A DNA stretch of 64,000 bases from a virus: IMG/VR virus record IMGVR_UViG_3300025617_000006. One strand, 5' to 3'. Below, piece by piece: positions 40,744 to 49,607 of the stretch. Positions within the stretch are counted from its first letter, which is position 1. Each line of letters opens with the position of its first letter. The notes under the pieces were generated by a model, which did no database searches, was not told where the DNA came from, and worked only from the letters and a program-made list of their open reading frames with translations. The translations under genes and the position numbers were made by a program.

Positions 40744-41179
40744 ACTTATCTCCAAATGCTGATTTTAAATCGTTATGTAATTTTTTTCGAATAGCGTCTT
40801 TAGGCCAAAGATTTAAATTATCCCAATCACACATCTTCATAGTATCTCCGTCAACGAGTATATTACTTAGTACCCAGTCTCCGTGTGCGTATGGTGCAGT
40901 TTGTTTAATATTTTCTAAACAAAACTTGTGTACTTGTTTAACAAATTCAGGAGTATGTTTGCACTCACTTGCTGGCACACCTGGAATAACATTAAACATA
41001 ATCCAAATGCTATCATCATCCCAACCGTGGGCTTTTACATATCCAGGAACATATTGATCAAGCAGACTAACATGATCAGTTAGCCATTTTATATCTTTAA
41101 CATACCAAACTTTTTTATAAAAGTCAGTACCTTTAAAAACTGCTCTTTTCTTTTGTTTATTTTCTCTAATTAAGTCCAT
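40724..41179 (-). CDS. Minimal protein-kinase-like (APH/RIO-type) phosphotransferase
   Basis: YKK (beta3 Lys), HGDWVLSNIL catalytic loop, CDWD (DFG equivalent); 151 aa. Confidence 0.75.
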   Translation of the reverse strand: MDLIRENKQKKRAVFKGTDFYKKVWYVKDIKWLTDHVSLLDQYVPGYVKAHGWDDDSIWIMFNVIPGVPASECKHTPEFVKQVHKFCLENIKQTAPYAHGDWVLSNILVDGDTMKMCDWDNLNLWPKDAIRKKLHNDLKSAFGDKFDPTSI

Positions 41180-42206
41180 ATGCTTTTGCTACCGGTTTTA
41201 AATAATCATTAATTTTTATATCACGCCAATTGTCTAATAGTGTGATTTGTTTTTTAAATACTTCGATTTGTTTAGGATCCCCGCCTTCTAAAATGTCTTT
41301 ATTCAATCCTTGGAACTGACTCTTTAATGAATCGGGTGCATTTTTTACACTTAGCCAATGCGGAAAATATAAAATGTTTTCAAATATTCTCCATCCTTGC
41401 TTATCTGCGTATTCTTTAATATCGTTGTAGAACCATGCATTAAGAATACTAATAGTTGGAGTTAGATTTACATAACAAAAATCCGCATAACGTTTTGCAT
41501 TTTCTTCTGCTTCTTTCCACTTAGTACCATAACGAATATATTCAATTTTTTCATCTACTGCGTCAAGACTAAATGACATGACAACTGTATCAAATTCTCT
41601 TAATAATTTTTCTAATTTGGGATTCCATAGTGTACAGTTTGTATTAAAGCGTAGTGCAGTTGATCGATCAAGTCTATCTAAAAACTTATCTAAGTTTTTA
41701 ACCATCATAGGTTCGCCACCTGTAAGATATACTTCTTGGATCGGAAGATCTAATAATTTGTCAAAGTGTTCTTCAGTAGCCCAATTGACATTATTAACAG
41801 GGATAGGTTGCCATGCTGGCTCAACTCCGAATTTAACCATTGCACTTGCTTCTTCAGCAATAGTGCTACTTGAGTGAGGATGACAACTAATACATGCCAA
41901 ATTACAACTATTACCAAATCGCAAATCTAGATGACTAATGCCTGGACCATACGTCCTAGGCTTTTGACGCTGACTTTCAAGTCCTGCTTCTTCTAACGTT
42001 TTACATTTTTTACAAGCATCAGGCCATTCGTCGTTGGCTAGTTGTTGTTTTGTCTTTTTATGAAATTCGCTATTATGCCATTCTTCTGGCGTATGAGTAG
42101 CAATATTTTCTTTATTGTTATCCTCGAGACTAAGACAGCATAGACGATACTGTCCGTTAGAGCGGATACAAACCTGATTCTCTAAATACTTACAAGTCAT
42201 TGGCAT
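41166..42206 (-). CDS. Radical SAM protein with N-terminal Twitch-like domain
   Basis: CKY...LCC...CKKC, CNLACISC, TGGEP. ATG 42206 lies 5 nt after TAAATA. Confidence 0.9.
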   Translation of the reverse strand: MPMTCKYLENQVCIRSNGQYRLCCLSLEDNNKENIATHTPEEWHNSEFHKKTKQQLANDEWPDACKKCKTLEEAGLESQRQKPRTYGPGISHLDLRFGNSCNLACISCHPHSSSTIAEEASAMVKFGVEPAWQPIPVNNVNWATEEHFDKLLDLPIQEVYLTGGEPMMVKNLDKFLDRLDRSTALRFNTNCTLWNPKLEKLLREFDTVVMSFSLDAVDEKIEYIRYGTKWKEAEENAKRYADFCYVNLTPTISILNAWFYNDIKEYADKQGWRIFENILYFPHWLSVKNAPDSLKSQFQGLNKDILEGGDPKQIEVFKKQITLLDNWRDIKINDYLKPVAKAYGLN

Positions 42207-42211
42207 AAGTA

Positions 42212-42217
42212 TATTTA
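42212..42217 (-). promoter_or_regulatory. Late-type promoter TAAATA, 5 nt before ATG
   Basis: TAAATA-TACTT-ATG on the minus strand, no SD. Confidence 0.55.
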
Positions 42218-42238
42218 ACAAAGAAATAAGGTGCTATA

Positions 42239-42943
42239 ATGAACTCTGACTTGTTAACCAATTATTGGAACACCCATGATAAGGAATACAAATTTTTGTA
42301 TCCAGAAGAATTTGATCCTAAATGGATTGTAATGGAAAGTGGATGGCCCTTCTTTAGGTTAAGTGCTTTAGACAACCAGCCATGGAAAGAAATGCATGCC
42401 GAAGCCGAAGCACTTGTGGATAAGTTCTATCCACATAGAGAAACTACTTACGGTAACGGTTGGAAGAGTTTAACACTACATGGATTAAATGAAGATACTC
42501 AGAGCCTAAACACATACGGAGAACGTTCTAAAACTATCAAAGAACTTGATTGGACCTGGGTAGCAGATCAATGTCCTGTAACTAAAAAGTTTTTAACAGA
42601 CGTGTGGCCTGCAGAATATCTTAATCGTGTACGATTTATGTTATTAGAACCCGGCGGCTATATACTTCCGCATCAGGATAGACCCGATGAAGAAAAACGT
42701 TTGAGTGTTTGTAATATAAGTTTAAACAATCCTGAAGGTTGCGAATTTGTTATGAAAGACCAAGGCCGTGTTCCGTTCGACGATTCGGGTAGTGCGTTTT
42801 TAATGGACATTAGTAATGTGCATAGTGTATGGAATAGAAGTGACAAGCCACGTATACACATGATTATACATTATGAATTAGGTAGACGTATTAGAGATTT
42901 TTTCTATGTCCTTCGCCAAAGTTATTATACAAATCGAGGATAA
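42239..42943 (+). CDS. AspH-like 2OG-Fe(II) oxygenase
   Basis: WKSLTLHG, EPGGYILPHQD, VHSVWN, PRIHMI; close paralog of 35168. Confidence 0.85.
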   Translation: MNSDLLTNYWNTHDKEYKFLYPEEFDPKWIVMESGWPFFRLSALDNQPWKEMHAEAEALVDKFYPHRETTYGNGWKSLTLHGLNEDTQSLNTYGERSKTIKELDWTWVADQCPVTKKFLTDVWPAEYLNRVRFMLLEPGGYILPHQDRPDEEKRLSVCNISLNNPEGCEFVMKDQGRVPFDDSGSAFLMDISNVHSVWNRSDKPRIHMIIHYELGRRIRDFFYVLRQSYYTNRG

Positions 42944-42944
42944 C

Positions 42945-44411
42945 ATGAAAGACTGGAACAGCATATCCGTAGACCGGTATTATGAATCTTTAAAAGTTGA
43001 TACTAGTGTAGGCATTGGCATTTTAGATATTAGCCGAGACATCAACAGCGACTTAGTTAGTAAACGTTCGTTTGATATGACATATTTTTATATCAACCGA
43101 ATGGTTAAAATGAAACTAGTTAGTTACATTGGACGCAGTACAACAGTTAAAGAACTTTTACAAAATGCAATAGATTCTGGTAAACAGTATTGCATGATCG
43201 CATGTCAGGGATTGTTGTTATACAGAGGTCCTAGTCTAGTAATGAAAAGTTTAAAATATGCAGAAACTAACAAAGATTTTTTTGTAGTTGGACATATTAT
43301 GGATAAGAAGAATCAACATTACATTACTAAAGGTGCATATCCTGGATTACATAGACAATATCTTTTTGTAAATTTAAAAACATGGACCGATCTTGGGAAA
43401 CCTGAGTTTGACGAAATGGGAGTCTTTTGGGACCGAAAGCCGCAACTTCAAAACTATACTATGAGCGAGGATACTGTCCATAGCAATTATACTCCTGCCT
43501 ATATTGATAGTGCCGACGGAACAAAAACATATGATACTACTAGTGACGGTTCTAATTGGATCGATGTTGCATTACGTAATAACATACGTATTGATAATTT
43601 AGACAACGATATGCGAGCATGTAAGGTATTCCTATATCCATATAGTGATACTAAAACGCTAGAAAAAGTTTGGTATGATAAGCAAAGCCCTTTAGTTGAT
43701 ACCTTATCTAATCAAGCACAGCGCAGTTGGATACGTAAGTTAGGATACCAAGAAGAAATTGAAAAGAATCGTGTGTATGCCTTTAACACTGAGACGTTAA
43801 GTAGTGAAGGAGTTCGCACCGGAAGCAATCAAGTTGATCATCTGTTTAGTGCGGCCGCAGGATTTAAACCACTTGCAATATTAAATGCAAATGGTTTTCA
43901 TGAAGGCACAACAGTACATTACTTTGATTGGTGTGAAGCAAGTTTAAATTATAAAAGACACTTGTTAGAAACATGGGACGGTTACGATTTAGATAAGTGG
44001 TTATTAGAACATGATTTAAAATATAATTTTAGTTCAACTTATCGAGGAAACTACAAACAGTTCTGGGACCAAGAAGTATCAGAACATGGCGGCCGCGAAG
44101 CATTTAAAAAGTTATGGGATCGATATAAAATACTACAACACGAGTTTTATGTTATCGACATTGTTAATGAAAGTGAAAAATTATTTGCTGAAATAAATGA
44201 GTACACTGGCACCAAAGTATTATGGACTACTAATATTTGGTCAAGTGAGATGCTTAATTGGAACGTGGATCCAGAAGCATTAGAACAATTATTTTTAAAA
44301 TTTGAAGAACAAGTACCAGACGATTTAGTATTATACGGTCACGACTATGTTGCATTAGATTTAAATGAGCGCATACGTAAAGGTACTAAACTAACACATT
44401 TGAGATACTAA
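42945..44411 (+). CDS. Two-domain hypothetical protein (possible GT-like N-terminus, Rossmann-like C-terminus)
   Basis: 488 aa from ATG 42945 (GAGG SD); C-terminal half resembles 34497..35177. Confidence 0.55.
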   Translation: MKDWNSISVDRYYESLKVDTSVGIGILDISRDINSDLVSKRSFDMTYFYINRMVKMKLVSYIGRSTTVKELLQNAIDSGKQYCMIACQGLLLYRGPSLVMKSLKYAETNKDFFVVGHIMDKKNQHYITKGAYPGLHRQYLFVNLKTWTDLGKPEFDEMGVFWDRKPQLQNYTMSEDTVHSNYTPAYIDSADGTKTYDTTSDGSNWIDVALRNNIRIDNLDNDMRACKVFLYPYSDTKTLEKVWYDKQSPLVDTLSNQAQRSWIRKLGYQEEIEKNRVYAFNTETLSSEGVRTGSNQVDHLFSAAAGFKPLAILNANGFHEGTTVHYFDWCEASLNYKRHLLETWDGYDLDKWLLEHDLKYNFSSTYRGNYKQFWDQEVSEHGGREAFKKLWDRYKILQHEFYVIDIVNESEKLFAEINEYTGTKVLWTTNIWSSEMLNWNVDPEALEQLFLKFEEQVPDDLVLYGHDYVALDLNERIRKGTKLTHLRY

Positions 44412-45058
44412 TGAAGCGATATATTGAAAAGCATGAACAAGTTGATTTAGGCTGGACAATAAAGCCTTGGTTTCCTGTTGACATTGGTAAATTACAAAAT
44501 TGGTATGCTACGCTTGAAAAAAATTACAATGATTGGAAATTTATTGTAGGTGAACAACAGCATGTATGGAAATTTCCTATTAGTGATCCTGAAGCAAAGA
44601 CAGGACACCGATTAATGGACGATACTGCATATTATACACTGTGCTGGAATAGCGATGACCCTGGACCTAAACCATTTGAGCAAGGATGTGCTAAAGACGA
44701 ATATAAAGATAATGATGATGACAATTTAAATCCTCGTAAATGTTTTGACGGGTATGCATTAGGCATCGTACAGAGACTTCCTGTTCGCAGTAAAAAGTGG
44801 TTAGTAACAATACATACTCCGGGCACAAAATTAATTACACATCAAGATTCACCTGATAAAATACGTGTTCATATTCCTATACACACTAATGCAGATAGTA
44901 ATTGGGTTATTGATGGCAAAGAATATCATATGGAACCAGGTTGGGCATATCTTGTTAACACAACAGTTCCACATAGTGTAGAGAATAAAGGCACTACAAA
45001 TAGAATTCACTTATACGGAAAAGTTTGGACAGACGATGTTAAAAGCCTACAGTTATAG
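44411..45058 (+). CDS. AspH-like 2OG-Fe(II) oxygenase
   Basis: THQD..RVHIPI..N, VPHSVEN, NRIHL. Confidence 0.85.
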   Translation: MKRYIEKHEQVDLGWTIKPWFPVDIGKLQNWYATLEKNYNDWKFIVGEQQHVWKFPISDPEAKTGHRLMDDTAYYTLCWNSDDPGPKPFEQGCAKDEYKDNDDDNLNPRKCFDGYALGIVQRLPVRSKKWLVTIHTPGTKLITHQDSPDKIRVHIPIHTNADSNWVIDGKEYHMEPGWAYLVNTTVPHSVENKGTTNRIHLYGKVWTDDVKSLQL

Positions 45059-45467
45059 CAAGAAAGACTTTGTATCTAAAATGCAAAAAGAAAACATTAC
45101 AGATACAACAGTTGAAGATACTAACGACTATTATATCTGTATTGATTCAACAGGCGGTCCTAACTCAGATCCATACTTTGAACAATTCCATCCTAATGTA
45201 TTGAACTTACATTTTGATGATGTCTCAGAAGATAAGGAAAACTGGGGCGAAGATATTAAAGCCTATTACAAAGCAGTTGCTCCAACACTTACACAGATTA
45301 CACATATAAAGCGTTTTGTAGATAGTGCAGTTGGTACAGTTCATATACATTGTGTAAAGGGCGAGTCTCGTAGTAAAGCAGTTGCAGATTATGTAAATAA
45401 TACTCGAATAGCACATGACAGTAAATATGCTTACGAGTTAATTAGGAATACATTAGATGAACTTTGA
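45036..45467 (+). CDS. Cys-based (PTP/dual-specificity-like) phosphatase
   Basis: IHCVKGESRS (HCX5R) P-loop, upstream FDD acid loop. Confidence 0.8.
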   Translation: MLKAYSYSKKDFVSKMQKENITDTTVEDTNDYYICIDSTGGPNSDPYFEQFHPNVLNLHFDDVSEDKENWGEDIKAYYKAVAPTLTQITHIKRFVDSAVGTVHIHCVKGESRSKAVADYVNNTRIAHDSKYAYELIRNTLDEL

Positions 45468-46014
45468 TATAAAAGAAATAGATATTAAATTTGACTATAG
45501 TGAATATAGAAATTATTACAATAATATTTGTGAAAATTATTCTCATCTTATGTTTACTAATAAACTAATAAAAGACACAGTAGAGTCTGACAAGCACAAT
45601 GTTTCTAAAGTTTACGGATTTGGACTGCAAAGCAATTTACAAGATTTAACAGTTCCGTGTCCCCCGTGGAATGTACACAAAGACGGCAGTGACGAATATA
45701 GAGATACTGAATTAGTATTTGGACCAATACTTAAACTAAAAGAATTATTTCCTAATTCAAGGCAGTATAGTATAAGTGGGCATCCGCCGGGTACGATGAT
45801 TCAACAGCATACTGATACTGACAAATATCTTAAAATACATTTGCCTATTTTAACTAATCCAGATGCTTGTTTTGTGTTCGGTGATAAAAAGTATTGTTTA
45901 AAAGTTGGAAAAGCATACTTAATAAATACTACTAGACTTCACGGAACAATCAATTCCGGAAATACCGATAGAGTACATTTATTTTTCAAAGTACCTGCAG
46001 AGGACTATCTATGA
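45457..46014 (+). CDS. AspH-like 2OG-Fe(II) oxygenase
   Basis: QHTD..KIHLPI.TN, LHGTIN, DRVHL. Confidence 0.85.
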   Translation: MNFDIKEIDIKFDYSEYRNYYNNICENYSHLMFTNKLIKDTVESDKHNVSKVYGFGLQSNLQDLTVPCPPWNVHKDGSDEYRDTELVFGPILKLKELFPNSRQYSISGHPPGTMIQQHTDTDKYLKIHLPILTNPDACFVFGDKKYCLKVGKAYLINTTRLHGTINSGNTDRVHLFFKVPAEDYL

Positions 46015-46730
46015 GATTGCTAAGACCCGAACACATTAAAGATGTTAGTATTCTATTTGATAACCTTGATTGGGATATAGTCGAACTAGACTTTACAATT
46101 GATGCATCTGCATTAAATGATTATTATAACAAATTAAAAACTGACTTGTATGGATTTAATTTTAGTTTTGATTCTAAAGAATATCTACGTCCAGACATCT
46201 ACGAAACATATAAAACACAAGGCAGTGTTGGGAATTACTTAGGTAATATCCAAGGATGGAGTATAAGTTGGCCAGTTAATCGAGATATTCCATGTCCATC
46301 AAAGTCACAAGCAAATCTTAATATGTATCCTGAATTGAAAGATTTATCAGAACAAGACTTCTATAAATCCTTGCCACAAGATCATTATAAGTTTGGAATA
46401 CTAAATTCGCTAATTGATAGACTAAGTTTATCGGCACTACGACAGATGTTAATGGCATTGCATCCAAGTGGGTTAGTAGTTAATACTCATACTGATGGCG
46501 AAGTTAAAAAATTGCACATTCCATTTTATACAAACACCGATGCAGTTTTTACTTTTGGTGAAAACAGAGAGCGTACATATCATATGGAATTGGGCAAAGC
46601 CTATATAATTAACACACTAGTTCCACATGGAACTGAAAACACCGGATCATCTGAACGTGTCCACTTGTTGTCTAGAGTAGACAATGAGTTTATGCAGTCA
46701 CTTCTTGATCTTAAATGCCATATTTCATGA
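46011..46730 (+). CDS. AspH-like 2OG-Fe(II) oxygenase
   Basis: THTD..KLHIPF.TN, VPHGTEN, ERVHL. Confidence 0.85.
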   Translation: MRLLRPEHIKDVSILFDNLDWDIVELDFTIDASALNDYYNKLKTDLYGFNFSFDSKEYLRPDIYETYKTQGSVGNYLGNIQGWSISWPVNRDIPCPSKSQANLNMYPELKDLSEQDFYKSLPQDHYKFGILNSLIDRLSLSALRQMLMALHPSGLVVNTHTDGEVKKLHIPFYTNTDAVFTFGENRERTYHMELGKAYIINTLVPHGTENTGSSERVHLLSRVDNEFMQSLLDLKCHIS

Positions 46731-46736
46731 TAAATA
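46731..46736 (+). promoter_or_regulatory. Late-type promoter TAAATA
   Basis: GATAAATA, then AGGAG SD and ATG 46756. Confidence 0.55.
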
Positions 46737-46755
46737 TAAGCAACAGGAGACAACA

Positions 46756-48000
46756 ATGAGCAACACTTATTTTACACAAGTTTTGGATGAACCGTTCCAC
46801 TTAGGAAACGGTGAGTTCTTATCAGTAATTACTAACGGAAAAGCACGCCATGAAGGCGAAGAAACAAGAGATTTTAACAAAGACGCAGGCGCAAGAGCAG
46901 GATTACTTAGAGTAAATGCTGACAGTGCTACGTTTGTAGACTTTTATGATAAAAGCGATAACGGTGATAGATACCGAGGTGTTGCAGTTGTAGGTAATAC
47001 AGCATATGTAATGCGTACACAAAAAGACAAAGTAGACAGTGTTATTAGAGTAGCGGCTGTAAACTTAGATACTAACGAAGTTACAATGATTGAAGAAAAG
47101 GGTGTAACAGTACACGGCTCAGAAACTCCTAAAACATTCTGTGGACACTTTAACTTTGGTCGCCCAATTACAGTTGGTACTAAAATTGTTTATCCACCAA
47201 TTATGAGTGGAATGATTATTGTGTTTGATACTGTTGCTAATACATTTACTGTACACGAAACAGAAGAAAAGTTTGCTTCTATTCATAGTGTGTATGTAGA
47301 AGATTTAAATGAAGTTGTATTTTTTCCATATGGTAAAACAACTAACAAGTTGTTAACTTTAGACATGGGAACAAATACAATTACTGCACATGAGGCTCCA
47401 ACTAACGGTGCTTTTTATCATGTCAATACAAACGGAACTAAAGCAGTTGGCGCTCCATTAATTATGGACGGTACTACAGAATTTAACTTCTGGGTATATG
47501 ACGGCGATACAGTTCAGTCAGTTGCTTATGATTCATCTAGCACAGATGACATGGGCGGACAAATGGGTTTCAAATACGGAACCATGAACGATAACACATT
47601 GTTAACACACACTTGTTGGGACGGATGTAAAGAGTTTGTAACCTTAAACCTAGATACACTTGCTATTGACCATTTTGCAACTAACGAATCATTAGGTAGT
47701 AAGCCTGTTGTTAACAACGGCGACATTTACTTGTTTCCATCAATCCAAAACCCAAGCATGGTAAATCCAACAACTAAAGTTTTTAAAGTTGAAGGAACTG
47801 CAATCAACGAAGTTATGGACTTGGGTACTGCAAATATTACTTCAGGATCGATTAACGATACTGATAGTGTTACAATGTTAGCACCTTACAAGTTTGATTT
47901 AGATAGCGATAATTTAAAAGGTTCACTTGCTATTGTTAATCTAAACGACAAAAATTCTAAATTAGTTCCAGTAGATTTATTACTAGAACCTAATGACTAA
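46756..48000 (+). CDS. Beta-propeller-like protein, possibly virion-associated
   Basis: Repeats IVYPP, VVFFPYG, AVGAP, IYLFPS with FDT/LD turns; T/N/D/G-rich; has its own late motif and SD. Confidence 0.5.
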   Translation: MSNTYFTQVLDEPFHLGNGEFLSVITNGKARHEGEETRDFNKDAGARAGLLRVNADSATFVDFYDKSDNGDRYRGVAVVGNTAYVMRTQKDKVDSVIRVAAVNLDTNEVTMIEEKGVTVHGSETPKTFCGHFNFGRPITVGTKIVYPPIMSGMIIVFDTVANTFTVHETEEKFASIHSVYVEDLNEVVFFPYGKTTNKLLTLDMGTNTITAHEAPTNGAFYHVNTNGTKAVGAPLIMDGTTEFNFWVYDGDTVQSVAYDSSSTDDMGGQMGFKYGTMNDNTLLTHTCWDGCKEFVTLNLDTLAIDHFATNESLGSKPVVNNGDIYLFPSIQNPSMVNPTTKVFKVEGTAINEVMDLGTANITSGSINDTDSVTMLAPYKFDLDSDNLKGSLAIVNLNDKNSKLVPVDLLLEPND

Positions 48001-49117
48001 CATCACAATAGTAGGCGGCGGAACAGCCGGTTGGATGACTGCCGCCTATCTCTCTGTAAAAACAGACTGGCAAATCACACTTATTCAAAGCCAAGATATT
48101 CCCATCATCGGTGTAGGTGAAAGTACACTTCCGAGTCTTTATGATTTTGTACAAGAGTGCGGACTTACAGAACAAGATTTATTTGAACACACAACAGCAG
48201 TTAGAAAATATACTATTAGACATCTAGACTGGAATAAAAATGGAGATTGGTATCATCATTTTTGTTTTAATGAGACTCAACACAATGAGCAATTGGACTG
48301 GATGAAAAATTACGAAAGACCAAATGAAAAATGGCGACACGCATATCACATAGATGCATTTAAGTTTGGTGCAATGTTGCGTGATAAGGTTGCTATACCA
48401 AATGGCGTTGTAGTAGAACAAAAAACAATAGACAGTATAGATGAAATAGAATCTGATCTAATTATAGACTGCACAGGATTTAACAAATTAACTAACCCTA
48501 CCAACTGGGTAGATAGTGCTTTGCCTAACAATAGTGCAGTAGTATGTCCAAGTAATCAAGTTATTAATAAACCTTATACACAAACAACAGCACTTAGTTC
48601 GGGGTGGATGTGGACTATAGCATTACAAACAAGAACAAGTAACGCATATGTGTTTAGTGACAAACACATCACATATGAACAAGCAAAAGAAGAATTTATA
48701 AAAAGGTGTCCGTATGAGTTAGACTTAGACAAACTTAGATACTTGTCTTGGCAAGGAGGATACACTACTACTCCATTCAGAGGAAACGTTTTAAATATAG
48801 GATTGAGTGCAGGATTCTTTGAACCATTAGAATCTCAGGCTATATGGGCAACACAATATCAAATAGAAATGCTTGTAAGACTAGGGTTGAATAAGCAGGC
48901 TGTTTATAATAAGCAATGGGTAACAATGATGAAACATATTGAAAGGTACCTGTTAGCACATTACACTGCAAGTTCTCGTAGAGATAATGACTACTGGAAA
49001 CAGTTTGATAATATTCTAATGGTAACTCCTGGCAATGAGAAGTTTAAGATTTTTGATGAGTACAGTTATCGTTGCCTAGCGAACGGTTACGCTCTTCCAT
49101 ATAGGTCAGCACATTAA
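47993..49117 (+). CDS. Tryptophan-halogenase family flavin-dependent enzyme (short)
   Basis: GGGTAGW, IGVGESTLP, AVRKYTI (position of the catalytic Lys), IDCTGF, WMWTI, GFFEPLES. Confidence 0.85.
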   Translation: MTNITIVGGGTAGWMTAAYLSVKTDWQITLIQSQDIPIIGVGESTLPSLYDFVQECGLTEQDLFEHTTAVRKYTIRHLDWNKNGDWYHHFCFNETQHNEQLDWMKNYERPNEKWRHAYHIDAFKFGAMLRDKVAIPNGVVVEQKTIDSIDEIESDLIIDCTGFNKLTNPTNWVDSALPNNSAVVCPSNQVINKPYTQTTALSSGWMWTIALQTRTSNAYVFSDKHITYEQAKEEFIKRCPYELDLDKLRYLSWQGGYTTTPFRGNVLNIGLSAGFFEPLESQAIWATQYQIEMLVRLGLNKQAVYNKQWVTMMKHIERYLLAHYTASSRRDNDYWKQFDNILMVTPGNEKFKIFDEYSYRCLANGYALPYRSAH

Positions 49118-49607
49118 TACGCCATAAGTTTTGTGGAACATTGTACAGTTCCATTTGTCTATCAAGTTCCCATATACCACGTTTTGCTAATAACGGCATC
49201 ATGGTATTATTCATACGTTGACTTTTGCCGCCATCATCATTTATGTTTGTGCTTATGTATAAGTCTGCATTTAGATTCTTTTCTATCGCCCAACTAATTT
49301 GTAAATCTAATAGATAACTTAATTGTATTCCTGTCTTAAAGATATCTCTACCAGTACCTAAGGTGTATCCTGAAAGTTGCGCACCTCTAAACAAACATCT
49401 ATAAGCGTGTTCAGATACTTCTGGTAAAGGATGTATTCCAGCAATGCTAATAATTTTATCATCTTCTATAGCAATAGTCCAAGCACCTACATCTAAACAC
49501 CACTGCCATTTCATTTTGTCAAGTGAAGTATTGTTACTAAAATTTTGAGAGTTACAAAATTGTTCTACTAATGATTGATCATCTGTTGTAGCAAATCTAA
49601 AATTCAT
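49044..49607 (-). CDS. Putative GNAT-like acyltransferase
   Basis: MNFRFATTDD start and WTIAIEDDKIISIAGIH strand pattern; directly follows the adenylation gene. Confidence 0.4.
   Translation of the reverse strand: MNFRFATTDDQSLVEQFCNSQNFSNNTSLDKMKWQWCLDVGAWTIAIEDDKIISIAGIHPLPEVSEHAYRCLFRGAQLSGYTLGTGRDIFKTGIQLSYLLDLQISWAIEKNLNADLYISTNINDDGGKSQRMNNTMMPLLAKRGIWELDRQMELYNVPQNLWRINVLTYMEERNRSLGNDNCTHQKS

Noticed and set aside
42232-42241. TGCTATAAT extended -10 promoter
   Set aside because: It overlaps the start codon of 42239 and lies downstream of the AAGG SD, so it cannot drive this gene from that ATG.
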